Below, piece by piece: positions 11,010 to 23,265 of a stretch of DNA of 47,435 nucleotides. This stretch comes from Octopus bimaculoides. Lineage: Eukaryota. Under the pieces are notes generated by a model that searched no databases, had not been told where the DNA came from, and was given only the letters and a program-made list of their open reading frames with translations. The DNA is taken from NCBI RefSeq assembly GCF_001194135.2, contig NC_068982.1, forward strand, positions 12,595,032 through 12,642,466. Direction: 5' to 3'. Made by a program: the position numbers and the translations under genes. How positions within the stretch are numbered: position 1 is the first letter of the stretch; the number at the start of each line of letters is the position of its first letter.

Positions 11010-11300
11010 TTAACACCACCATCTAGACCAGGGTGTTTTTATTCGTGTCCATCCTGTTAAGAGCATTCAGATAAAACTGCCAGTGAAAGTTTATCATCAT
11101 TTCACAGTGTATGGTGCATTGACACCCTCTATAATTCCTTAAATGCCACAAAATAAGATTAAACCTACTAGACATTTCTTTTACCTCTCCATTAATGTAC
11201 ATGAACTTTGACACAGGCTCATACTAACATGTAAATCTCTTGACAAAACTTTACACCTTTGCACTTGCTCCATCTTGTCACTTTTAAGAGTGAACTTTGT
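11010..11300 (-). mobile_element. Possible decayed L1/Tx1-like LINE remnant (RT domain 0)
   Basis: The minus strand reads ALNRMDTNK then, after a frameshift, TPGLDG. This resembles the AL..M...K.PG.DG motif. Confidence 0.35.
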
Positions 11301-11699
11301 CAGATTACACCGTTGTTGTTTGTACTGATGAAACTCCCAATGTACTCTGGTGTCCTTTAGTCAGACTTTTTTATTTCCAACATACATTTTCTTATCAACA
11401 GCTTAATGTTACATCCTTTATTACTGGTGACATGCATTTTCCTTGCATCGATGATATCAGACAGACCTTCTGAAGATAATTTTTTTCTCATGTCTAAACT
11501 CTACCTCTAACAAACCATTTCTGTTTCTGTTTCTTTTCTGTTGTTTGCCAAATGCTTACTATAGTCATTATTCAAATACAGAGATCGAACATCTATAACA
11601 GAATGCAACAAAACGTTTCTCTGATGATCAACCAAATGCATCCAAATGCTGAATACGTAGGAACTAATAATTTATACTTGTGTTTATCTTAATTTTCCA

Positions 11700-11971
<272 letters not shown>

Positions 11972-12234
11972 GCATGAAATGTTATATATATATAAATGAA
12001 GTTTTATGCATTGCAGAAATGCAAAAAAAATATATTCTCCTCTGAAATGTTGTTCCTAAAATTAATATGTAAAAGAAAGAATTAAAAAAAAAATTAGTGG
12101 CCATATTATTTCAGTATGTTCTTTTAGTGTCTTTTATTGGTCCCACCAGTAAGTTATAGCCATGCTGGAGCACTGCCATTGATGTTTAAAACAATTTCAA
12201 ACATCTTAGTTGTGATTATTTCAGTTCATGAATT

Positions 12235-12470
12235 ATTAACTTTAAGCCTTTAGCATTTAAACTGGCCATATTTGGTCTAAATATTCTATTTCTTTCATGT
12301 TCAAACTATCCAGATCTGGCTTTTCACAGTTATCCTACAATGTCATTCTGAAATTATACAATCACATCATTGAAATCTCATAGCTACAAGATCAGGCATG
12401 ATTAATGTAAAACAATATGGATGAATAAGCATTACATTTGATAAAGTAATCTGAATTCTAAAGTGCTAAA
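12235..12470. mobile_element. Degenerate MITE-like repeat (TTAA-ended family)
   Basis: Starts CCTTTAGCATTTAAACTGGCCATAT and ends TAATCTGAATTCTAAAGTG. A second, split copy lies at 25329-25427 plus 26136-26211. Confidence 0.5.
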
Positions 12471-12828
12471 ATAATAAGGATTTTCTCTAATGTTCTTGGA
12501 TCTTTATTTCTTTGACATGAATAGCTGTAACAGTTATGAGATGAAGTGAATTCAAGCAGCCATGCTTAAGATAGGGCAACAATGGATGCTTTGTTGTAAT
12601 ATAAATTTATTGAACTTTACCAACATATAGATATACAGCAAGAACTGAAAACATGTGCATATAACATAATCTCTTTCAGTTTGATTTTAATCTTAAGTTA
12701 AAAATTTGTTGGAATCTTTTCATTACTAAATGTTAGCAGTTTCATGGGAACTAAAACTTGATGGTTTTCTAAAATTATCTGCTTGAACTCATGGAGATTA
12801 AATATCAAGAATACTTCACTCATTGAAG

Positions 12829-12829
<1 letters not shown>

Positions 12830-12908
<79 letters not shown>
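12830..12908. repeat. (CA)n microsatellite running into gap 12909-13511
   Basis: Directly visible. Confidence 0.95.
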
Positions 12909-13511
12909 NNNNNNNNNNNNNNNNNNNNNNNNNNNNNNNNNNNNNNNNNNNNNNNNNNNNNNNNNNNNNNNNNNNNNNNNNNNNNNNNNNNNNNNNNNNN
13001 NNNNNNNNNNNNNNNNNNNNNNNNNNNNNNNNNNNNNNNNNNNNNNNNNNNNNNNNNNNNNNNNNNNNNNNNNNNNNNNNNNNNNNNNNNNNNNNNNNNN
13101 NNNNNNNNNNNNNNNNNNNNNNNNNNNNNNNNNNNNNNNNNNNNNNNNNNNNNNNNNNNNNNNNNNNNNNNNNNNNNNNNNNNNNNNNNNNNNNNNNNNN
13201 NNNNNNNNNNNNNNNNNNNNNNNNNNNNNNNNNNNNNNNNNNNNNNNNNNNNNNNNNNNNNNNNNNNNNNNNNNNNNNNNNNNNNNNNNNNNNNNNNNNN
13301 NNNNNNNNNNNNNNNNNNNNNNNNNNNNNNNNNNNNNNNNNNNNNNNNNNNNNNNNNNNNNNNNNNNNNNNNNNNNNNNNNNNNNNNNNNNNNNNNNNNN
13401 NNNNNNNNNNNNNNNNNNNNNNNNNNNNNNNNNNNNNNNNNNNNNNNNNNNNNNNNNNNNNNNNNNNNNNNNNNNNNNNNNNNNNNNNNNNNNNNNNNNN
13501 NNNNNNNNNNN

Positions 13512-13725
13512 GTTACTGTTGCTTTTAGCCCCAGGAGGACATCTCCTCCAGCTGGCTTATCGACACACGACTGTGTCCTGTTTGCCAAGGGTAGTTATCC
13601 CTCTCACCAACATCTGCAGCACGAACGGATCCGGATTTCAGGGTTATTTCCCTTCGTCGGCGTCCGATAGCCGCTGACCTTGGTGAGAGAGACAAAAACC
13701 TGGCAATCTTATATCTTCTTTTCAA
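13512..13725 (-). mobile_element. GC-richer repeat fragment carrying a hammerhead-like motif (Penelope-like terminal repeat, inferred)
   Basis: CpG-rich island in AT-rich context that contains the motif at 13622-13666. Confidence 0.55.
13622..13666 (-). ncRNA. Minimal hammerhead ribozyme motif, variant core CCGACGA
   Basis: CGGACG-CCGACGA-AGGG(AAAUAA)CCCU-GAAA-UCCGGA-UC-CGUUCG. 6-bp stem I, 4-bp stem II, palindromic AUCCGGAU, U4C substitution. Confidence 0.65.
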
Positions 13726-14654
13726 GTGAAATTCTTCACTGATATCGAAAAGGTGAAAACAAGCAATGTTAATTCTCTAAATGAAGTATTAACAGTAACT
13801 GCATGATAAAGTGTAGTATATTGCCACTTATATATATATATATACACATATATATACATAGATGCATATATATACATAGATGCACACATACACGCATACA
13901 TATATTTATACATAGATATATATACACACACACACATACATACATGTAGATAGACACACACATATATATAATGTTAAGTATCTTATGATTCTGTATTGCA
14001 AGATAAACATTAATGGTTAAACCTAACTAGGATTCTGTTGTTTATGATATACTTTTCAACGACGTTTATCTGAGATTTTTTTTTTACAAATAATCCTATT
14101 TCACTAAAATAAAATTTTATCTATGTAGTTTATATACACCCCATAACTTATATATTTATATACATACATTTGTACATGAATACATATATAAGCATAGTCA
14201 TAGACACATGTGCACTGATTTACATTATTGTCTTTGAAAAAGGAATTTGTGACTACAGGGAATAAGAATTTCAAATCACAAGGAATCATTTGAAATTCAA
14301 GTTATTAATATAGTGTTTGGGGAGTATACAAGGTTATAGAAATTGTAATTGGTTTAACTTATTTCTGAAGTAACATAAGGTGTAGATAAACATTTTTATA
14401 TTTTGTGTATTTTATGTTTTGTTTTTATTTTGTTAATTTTTTTTTTTTGGTTAGAGATAAATAGAAAGATAATGTAAACTATTTTTGCCTTTCAGATTAC
14501 TTGTGTTGTGTCAGTCTTTTATGCTGATATTTTTTTTTAAAGTTTATCTCTACAGATTTTCCATAGAATTCAGAGCCAAGACTGAAAGTTATGACACTTC
14601 CATATACAAACATATTAATGTAAACAATGTGACTGAATATAGGAAAAATAAGTA

Positions 14655-14705
14655 GTGGGTGTATATGCATATTTCAAGAGTTATTGCTCTTTCATCAGCA
14701 TTGCA
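14655..14705 (-). ncRNA. Minimal hammerhead ribozyme motif with damaged stem I
   Basis: UG-CUGAUGA-AAGAG(CAAUAA)CUCUU-GAAA-UAUGCAUA-UA-CACCCAC. Perfect core and stem II, 10-nt palindrome AUAUGCAUAU. Confidence 0.7.
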
Positions 14706-14807
14706 TCCAACCCTTCTACTAATGCTCTGCTTAAATATGCATTAATTTTAGTGGTGTGACACTATTGGATAGACCAATTTACATATTAAACACATTCCTG
14801 GCAACTG

Positions 14808-14838
14808 GTACATCCTCATCATCACCACCACCACCACT

Positions 14839-14881
<43 letters not shown>

Positions 14882-14940
14882 CTATCATCACCATCATTAC
14901 CATCATCACCATCATCACCACCACCATTATCACCACCACC

Positions 14941-14973
<33 letters not shown>

Positions 14974-15115
14974 GTCTTCGCCATCATCGTCATCATCATC
15001 ATTTAGCGTTCACCTTCCATGCTAGCGTGGGTTGCACCAGACTTCTGTGTCTGTTTTGGGAGGTTTTTTACAACCGAATGCCTTTCCTAACAATAACCAC
15101 TCAGCAGAGTGGTAT
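14808..15115 (-). mobile_element. Family D SINE 3' fragment with expanded (GAT)/(GGT)n tail (about 14808-15000)
   Basis: A plus-strand (CAT/CAC)n array is followed by TTTAGCGTTCACCTTCCATGCTAGCGTGGGTTG and ATGCCTTTCCTAAC. Confidence 0.7.
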
Positions 15116-15562
15116 GTAAATAGTAACTGCTAGCAAGGACACAGTTTTCCATTATGGAACCATATGTTGATATATGTATGACAATTTGAAGAGCAAGACT
15201 GAATTCAGTATAAATTTCATGTGGGTTTACAGTATGATGGTTAAAATATTAGTATCGATGGCTTATTGATGGTTAAAACAAATCGAGGCCTAAAACCTTA
15301 CTATGTTCCAATGAATACATATTTATCTTTTAACTGTGTCAGCACAATGACAATGAACTATACAGAATATGCATTCATTCAAAAACACACACATACACAC
15401 ATGTACATACACATGCGCATACATACATATACATGTACACATGTACATACACATGCACATACATACATATACATGTACACATGTATATGTTCTTCCTTTT
15501 TTTTATTTTCTTTTATTTGTTTCAGTCATTAAACTGTGGCCATGCTGAGGCATCACTGAGAG

Positions 15563-15669
15563 AAAAATATGGAATGCTTTATGAATTTACCTGTCATCCT
15601 TGTCCAGGGGCCATGATAATCTTCTCTGTATCATTACAATTTTAGAATTGGTATTGCCAAAGCTAGTAT
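15563..15669 (-). pseudogene. U6: Full-length decayed U6 snRNA copy
   Basis: The minus strand reads ATACTAGCTTTGGCAATACCAATTCTAAAATTGTAATGATACAGAGAAGATTATCATGGCCCCTGGACAAGGATGACAGGTAAATTCATAAAGCATTCCATATTTTT, aligning end to end with canonical U6. The ACAGAGA box is intact but the catalytic AGC triad has become ATC. Confidence 0.92.
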
Positions 15670-16746
15670 TTACAAAAATCATTTGTAGAATATGAACAAA
15701 AACAAATGAAGGATATGTTTATCTGCTATAGCCTAAATACCAACCAAAATAGATCTCTTCTGATATGATTGGTAGACTAATTCAATCATAATTACCCAAC
15801 AGATGATTTGGGCATACAGGTTAGAAACATAACAGAATTCAAACATAGAATATAACAGATTTTAATTTACAACATCAATCAACACAAAGTGTACAAAACC
15901 GTGTTTGTGAGAGTGTACATAGTTATTTTTGTGTTTTCCAAATCATTTGAATAATCTTTTGTAGAAAGTGTTCATATATATTTTCTTGTTTGTGAGAGCA
16001 TATGTGATCATGCAGATAAATGGTTATCAGCAAAGAGAAAAATCAGATAATGTGTGTGTATTTAAACTGGAAGAATTTAACATTGGTAAATGATTTCTTG
16101 TTTTCTGTAATGTATTTTATAACTTAAGACAGCCAATGGTTTTCTTTTGAATCGAAAAGAAGAGTTAAGCAAGAGAGTGAAATAATACAGCTTATTTATG
16201 GCTACCAATAAAAAAAAAAATGAAGAAAAGAGATTTCTCTGGTGTCCAGTGAACGTACCAAAAGGTAATTTCTTTTGAGTTTTGTCTTATAAATTCAAAA
16301 AATATGTTCCAAGATTACTGGTTGGTTAAAAAATTGCACATGACAAAACAGTGAACAGGAACTATTGTCAGACACATGCATACTCTTCTGAAAATTCATT
16401 GGAGTTAACACAAAAGGAAATTTGTTATTTTATTTATTTATCTATTTATTTATCTGGTTATTTATTTATTTCTGACTGTCAGCAGTAACCTTGTGTGTTT
16501 TGACAATTCAATAATATATTTTTATTTTCTTACTCAATATTGTTTTTAAAGTATTCTGTTCTCTACTTGTGACAAGTAGTCAGCCAATATTAACATTATA
16601 GCATTATAAGAGGCTAAATTGTTCACCAATTAATGACTTAATATCTCAATGTGTTAAGTTATTGACAAATTTAAATAATTACAAAATAACAAATGATTTC
16701 ATTTTGTTGGTGATGGTGGTGGTGGTGGTGAGGAGAAGTTCGATTA

Positions 16747-16840
16747 ACTCACATCAGCTTAAGAATCAATGACGTAACTACAGATATTCTCTGCCTGCTT
16801 TGTCGTGCGTCACCAATAGATATCAAACTATATTGATTGG
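16747..16840. promoter_or_regulatory. Promoter-like motif cluster (CRE-like sites and CCAAT boxes) next to a strong minus-strand splice donor
   Basis: TGACGTAA at 16770-16777, TGCGTCA at 16806-16812, CCAAT at 16813-16817 and ATTGG at 16836-16840. Four CpGs within about 70 bp. GTGAGT on the minus strand at 16747-16752. Confidence 0.35.
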
Positions 16841-17499
16841 TAAAAGTATGAAGATAATTTTAAACCAACAAGGGAATATAAATTGATACCAAAATATTCT
16901 ATTCTTTTTCAAAGCAAGTAATTTACATTTAATTTCGTTCTTCAATGAATTGCAGTTTTATGTGCAAATGAATCAATAACCGTTGATACTACAAGGAAAC
17001 AGATGATACCAGGAAAACTTAATTTATGGGCTACATAATAATATCACATTATTCCATATTATTATCATTTTTACAATTACGACTGTGCAGCACACTTCCA
17101 TCACAAGCAATTTTCTGCTTCTTTCACTCTTTTCAATTGTTCTAATAATTAGAATCAGCAAGAAGCATTTAGAGATTAATTTATTTTGTTTAGCTAGCAT
17201 GATAGAATGCTAAGCAAATAATGGTAGTAGATTACTTGTATCAGTTGTGTTTGGCAGAAGGAATACATAAGTAATCTATCAAGGAATTCACTTCTAATAT
17301 AAAGGTTATGGGATTTTTTGTCTGGTTTTAGTAAGGAATTTAAATAAGGAACAGAGAAGATGTAAAATTCCCAAGACATCCTGGACTGCATCCAGAGAAA
17401 ATCCACTTGACTGACTGGAATAAAATTACTAACAAACAAGCTCCAGTCTCTAGCCTACAGGCATGCTGTCTCCTCCCTCTGTCTTTTTAGTTGTGATAA

Positions 17500-17640
17500 C
17501 ATTAGAGCTGAGTAGACAGGAACTACTGAAATGAAAAAACCTGCTCAAAGACATAACACATCACCTGGGCCAGGAATTGAACCAATAACCATGTGATTAG
17601 GGATCCAGATACCTGAACCACTTGGTTCTATACTGCCACA
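17500..17640 (-). mobile_element. Decayed tRNA-derived SINE (family F); second copy at 37370-37550
   Basis: Both copies share CATCACCTGG(G/C)CCAGGAATTGAA...CC(C)T(A/G)ACCACT, a reverse B box and A box. Confidence 0.6.
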
Positions 17641-18298
17641 CAATAATTATTTGATTAATTAACCTGTAGCCCTCAGTCTATTTGACTCTGTGGTGCACAG
17701 GAGATAAAATAAAAAGTTACTGGTTTACTAAGTATGGAAAGGATTTTAAATAAATTGTTCTAAAGTTTAAAATTTTGAAAAAGAAAGCAAGTAAACTATT
17801 TCATACACTGTTTAATTTATTATATTTGTGTATAATGAATTATAAATTTTCTGAGACCTTAAATTATATTTCTACAAATCTGTGGCACACAAGGTAGCTT
17901 TGGTGTGATGTTTGATAAACCCTTGATTAGACACACATGTAAATAGATATGCCAGATAATCTCCCAAAACTATACACCAATATCTAAGCATTGTTAGGTT
18001 ACCTATGAAGAAAATCAGGCAAGACCAAAGTAAGCAATCCCCACAAGCTTCGAAGTGACAAGCACTTTCCACTTTACAAGAATGAAAGACAACCCAAAAT
18101 AATGAGACTAAAATAATAGAGTATTACGTATGTACACTCCTATCATCAGCTGCTGAAACAGATATCACTGTGGTTTTGCCACCTGGACAGTACCATTTAA
18201 TCCATATGTACAGGATATATAAACATTCGTACATGTATAGATGCATGAACAGGCACACGGCAGACATACAGACTTTGTTACACACACATTTTCATATT

Positions 18299-18339
<41 letters not shown>

Positions 18340-19034
18340 GTGTGTGTGTGAACGAATAAAAAGAAATAGGAAGAAATCAAGATGCAAAGTTATATGCTTC
18401 TTGTAAGATTCTAGAATGCTTAGTACAGCAAGCATGTCAAGGTTTGGTTTTGGATTTAATTGTACAAAATATAACAAAGATCGCAAAAATTTTGTTAGAA
18501 AACACAACTGCTTCATATCATATAATCAAATTTTACTTTAGAATTTAGTGCAGCAGCACCTGTTTTGTCATGTAGAATATTTGAAGACTTCATCGAATTT
18601 GAAAGTGAGCAAGTAGAATTTAGATGTTCTAAAATCATAATTCAATAAGTTGTAACATTTGCTTTTAATTAGAGCAAAAAGCTTTCCATCTTTGGTTCCT
18701 TAACTTTTCTGTATGTCTTCATTCTCTGATCTCTATCAGTTGTGGTACTATTCTGGCGACAATCAAAGTGGGAAGTTATTTATTTGAAAATTCTATATTT
18801 CTTTTTAGAGACTCATTCAGAATACATTTTTCTTCTTCATAATTATATCTGGCATAGCTGTGAGGTTATGAAATTTGCTTTGCAATTTTATGGTTCAAGA
18901 ATGGGGCCAGTTCTGCAAGACCATGGGCAAGTGTTTTCTGTTGAATATATTTAGATTAGACCTTTTGTGTTGTGACTAAAATTTGGTAAAGGAAAACTTT
19001 GTGGAACACATTATATACATGTATGTATGTATGT

Positions 19035-19620
19035 CATTATTCAGTTTAATTTAAGATTTCTTTCCAATTGAGAAAGAACCGGTTTCTAACCTAGATCCAA
19101 GGCTCCTTCATTGGAATTTCAACATCAACAACAGGGTATTTTTGTTTGTATGTATAAGTGCAGATTTGTATGTTTTGCTTTATGTACGTATTCTCATGTA
19201 TATAGTTACATATCTAGACATGCTCATATATATACTTAAATGATACATTTCTGGAAAGTTTTACAGATTTTTACAGTTCCAGTACTGGATTGGATCTGAA
19301 GTCTTCGAATTAGCTTTCTTCTTTCTGGTTTTGAGAAGCCTAATTTCTCAAGATTGGTATTTAGGCAGTGTGTTACATATCCCAGGACCCCAATAATTAC
19401 AGGTATAAACTTGAACTTGTAATCTGCATAGAGTAACTGCATATTTCTCAATAGTTCAGCATAGATATTCTCTTTTTCACCGATCTTCAGCTTTATGTTG
19501 ACATCTGCTGGGCAGCTAATTTCCACAACTGTGCACAGTTTCTCTTCTCTATCCCAAATCATTATATCAGGTCTGTTGTGCTTACATTTTATTGAGGCCT
19601 CCACTGCTACATTACACCAG
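19035..19620 (-). mobile_element. 5'-truncated RLE-type LINE (R4-like) inserted in (CATA)n
   Basis: ORF track 19236..19694: KCKHNRPDIMIWDREEKLCTVVEISCPADVNIKLKIGEKENIYAELL...IPVIIGVLG, with the RPD..E..K endonuclease motif and a natural stop. About 200 bp of 3' UTR. (TATG)n flanks both sides. Confidence 0.88.
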
Positions 19621-19756
19621 TATGTATGTATGTATGTATGTATGTATGTATGGATCGATGGATGGATGCATGCATGTGTTCCATGTATGTACATAAGTAT
19701 GTATGTTTATATGTATGTATATATGTATGTATATGACACACATGCGCTTGCATATA

Positions 19757-21035
19757 CACAGACATGCAGGAAGTAAATAGACATCTTTAATTTTCAAAAT
19801 CTTTTATTTAATATGCAAAGTGAACAATTGAAATGTAATCGATAGGTAGAACTACATACTTTAGTATTTAGTTGACATTCACTTTGCAGTTTTTTAAATT
19901 CAGAAACTCTTTCTGGCATTGAACTGATGAGCTTTGTGATTGTCTCTTGTGGAATTTCTGCCCACTTTTCACGCAACAATTGAAACAATTCATCTTTAGA
20001 TTTAGGTTTCTGTCGAGTTTTTCGTATAGCTCTATCTAGTATGCTCCAAAGATTTTCAGCTGGGTTCATGTCAGGAGATTGGCTGGGCCAAGGAAGCTTT
20101 TTGATCCCATTTTCAGTCAGCCATTGTTGATTCCTTTTCACTGTGTGGCATGGAGCCCCATCTTCCATGAATAAAAACTAATTTTTCATTATGTTATCAT
20201 GTGAATACACCGGAAGTAGTCCTTGCTTAAGTATTTTGATGTATTTTTCAGAGTTTATGGTTCCAACACATTCGATCAGCTCAGAACGACCATTGCTGAT
20301 GACAGCTCTCCATATCATTATAGAGATCCTGCCATGTTTCAAAGTTGGTTAGAGCAATTTCAAATCAAATTCTTGATTGGGAAGCCTCCAGACCCAAACA
20401 CGACTACTGTCTGAAAATAATGCAAATCTGGATTCATCTGAGAAAATCACTCTATCCCAAAATGAACTGGATTTTTATGACATCTCCTTAGCCCATTTTT
20501 TTCTTTTCATGATATTAATTGGGTGAAGGAGAGGTTTTCTTCTAGCTGCTCATCCATAATACTCAAGATTATGCAGATATGTAACACACGTTCTTGGACT
20601 AACTTCTAGCTGTTTTGCAATGTCAGAAGCCTTTGAACAGGGTTCCTTTTCCACAATTCTCTTCAAACAGTGAAGCTTCCTTTCTGAGGGCCCAGGTAGA
20701 ATGGGACGAAAGTCTGTTGATTCTTTTCCTTGGCTTTTGAATTGGACTATAATTCTATTAACAGTAGCAAGAGGAATTTGAAGATTTTCTGCAATTTTTC
20801 GCTGGCTAAGACCAGCCTCAGATTGCCCAACAATACAACATCTTTGAAAATCTGACAGTTCTGCTGAATTTTTTGTGCGTGGCATGGTTACTCTTTGCAA
20901 ATGTTTAATATATTGGCACCTGGAATGAAAAAGAATAATTACATTGTAAATTCTACACTGCTGAAAATATATTAAGACGCTTAGATCAGAAATTTTGAAA
21001 ATTAAAGGTGTCTATTTACTTCCTGCATGTCTGTG
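19757..21035 (-). mobile_element. Full-length Tc1-family DNA transposon (DD34E), transposase inactivated by four nonsense codons
   Basis: 44-bp TIRs (19757-19800 and 20992-21035, one mismatch) with TA on both sides. HTH N-terminus in ORF 20550..20900. WDRVIFSDESRF, KHG..I.IW and EDGAPCH...WPSQSPDMNPAE, with 34 residues between the second D and E. All in one frame, with stops at 20550, 20475, 20349 and 20178. Confidence 0.95.
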
Positions 21036-21081
<46 letters not shown>

Positions 21082-21549
21082 AATTTTTATCAGCCAAAAT
21101 TTCTCACTATCAAGAGAAAAACTAAGAAAAACAAAAAAAAACAAAAGCAAAAATGTAATCTGTAAAGTAGAGCATACAACTGATAAAAAATACTGATTAG
21201 GACAGGGACATTGCAACTGGAACAAGTTCAGTTGCCTGAATAGTAGATAAGATGGTGTATTAACACACAGTTGACAAACACCTTAAATACGAAGCTTGTG
21301 TCATTATTTTTTTAGTTATGTTTATGGTGAGAAACAGAAATTTTGCAAATCCAAGTAGCTTGATTTGCGTTGTTCTTTATGCAAGTGCTAAAATCATGCC
21401 AATTCCAGCAATCAAAATAATAACAAGGACAGTATGTTTCAATAGAGATATGGCAACAGTTTATGACAGTCTCTGCTTATTTTGTTTATTATTTCAAAAG
21501 ATTTCATCAAGGTAGTACATTTTTGTGATAGACACGAGTAACATTTTTA

Positions 21550-21850
21550 TGTACTGAATTACAAACCAATTTATGGTTATTCTCAATCCTTAGAACCATT
21601 CTCCTTCATGGACAAAATATACTGCAACACAACTGGCTGCAGTTGTCTTCCCATCAACCCTACTCTTTCTTTTTTCATTTTCCATTTCTAAATGTGAGAC
21701 TGCATTGAATACATCAGCTTTTAAAAGCATTCATTATGAATTTGATATTGTTTTTGCAATAACTTCTTCAGTTATTTTGGCTCAGTATAACAATTGTCTT
21801 CCTTAAACATTCGCAGTTAATGAGGCATATTTCATTTTTGTAGCAATTGT
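21550..21850 (-). mobile_element. Possible decayed LINE RT domain-0 remnant
   Basis: KITEEVIAK...DVFNAVSHL...VG(L)DG(K)TAA-like broken frames. Confidence 0.3.
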
Positions 21851-22518
21851 ATCTGGTTTCTTGGTCTTATGCCATTGGATTTTTCCTCTGTTGTAATTCT
21901 TGCTCTCTATATTATATTACCTTACTTAGAAATTTGGCAAAATCTGAACACTTTTTTTCCTTGTGATACAATTACATCAATCTTCTTAGTTTTTCACCAC
22001 TGGCTTTTGAAGCTAAGCCTTTATTATTTTACATATGATAGTCATGCAGCTTTAACTCTGCTTCAGAGTAATTTTATTAAATAGCTTATGGTATTTGTGA
22101 CTGGCTGATAAATGTTTTCTGGTTAATGCTATGAAGTTTATAGCTGCGTATTTCTTTTTTCTCCTTCTGCTTGATGATTAACTGGCTCTATAGCTATTGT
22201 TATTTAGTCCTTGGTTAACCATGATTGAGCAGCTCTATGATAAATGGTGCTTTTTTTCCCCCAAATATCATTTATCCATTGTGTCCTTTTGTTTCTCTGT
22301 TGTTCAGATGATAGAATGTTATTTAAGGAAGATTTAGATGCTGTTTGTAGAAAGTAGAGTCACAAAGGTCCTTCAGTGAATTTTAATTTTTCAGCAGGAA
22401 TTTGATATTTTCTAAGCTTTAACTACAATAATTGTTTATTTTTTTCAAAGCATATTTTTTTCAAGCTATTTCCTCATCTTCAATGTGTTTTTGACACAAC
22501 TTATCTCAGAAAAATATA

Positions 22519-23265
22519 CAGGGTTTTCGAAAAAATTTGATATCATTTGAGATGTAAATATCACAGAAACTACATAATCAAAGCGAATGAAACGAAACAG
22601 GCTTATTGTTGAGCAACGTAAGATTTATCCCTCCAAATTTGAATGAGAAATTCAAAGGGATGTGAATTCCATGAACGATTTCACAAATGTTCAATATACG
22701 CACTGCCTGAGACATAGCACACGTCAAGTCAGTAGTCCAGTTCCTCCCAAACACACTGCAGTATGTCTTGGATAACAGTCTCCAGTGTGGTAGTGATTCT
22801 CTGCTTGAGTTCCTTTAGGTTTGCAGGAATAGGGGGTACATAGACCAAGCCCTTCACATAGCCACATGTTTACGCTTTTGCTTGTCATCTACTGTTATGG
22901 CATGAACGAGCTGCAGCTTGTAGGGTTTCATTAGCAAGTGTTTCCTCGAGATGCACCAAACTGTTGATGGAGGAATGTGGGTCTCCAGACTTGTTCTTCT
23001 TATGGACTTCTTGGGGCTCTGCAAGAATTTTTGGTGAACCTGCTCGATCATCTCTTCTGATGTTAGTGGTCATCCAGATCCTTTTGCCCTGCACAGACAG
23101 GCCTCCTCTTTGAGTTTTTTTGCGCCATGTCCAAATCTGCATTGCCATGGGTGACTTTTTAAAGAACTCTCTCACAAATGCATGCTGCACAGTCTTCTTC
23201 AACCGTGTTCGAGCATACTGCAATACACAAAACGTCTTTTCTCTTCCGGTGAATGCCATTTCACT
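22519..23265 (-). mobile_element. Internally deleted maT/rosa-like (Tc1/mariner superfamily) transposon lacking the catalytic core and 5' TIR
   Basis: End TA|CAGGGT at 22517-22524. N-terminus MAFTGREKTFCVLQY...SPKKSIRRTS...MKPYKLQLVHAI joins at 22866/22867 to the C-terminus GYVKGLVYVPPIPANLKELKQRI...WEELDY*LDVC...IEHL* (22681-22866). Confidence 0.85.

Noticed and set aside
15563-15669. Functional U6 gene
   Set aside because: There are many substitutions including the AGC triad, and no recognisable upstream TATA/PSE. Treated as a pseudogene.
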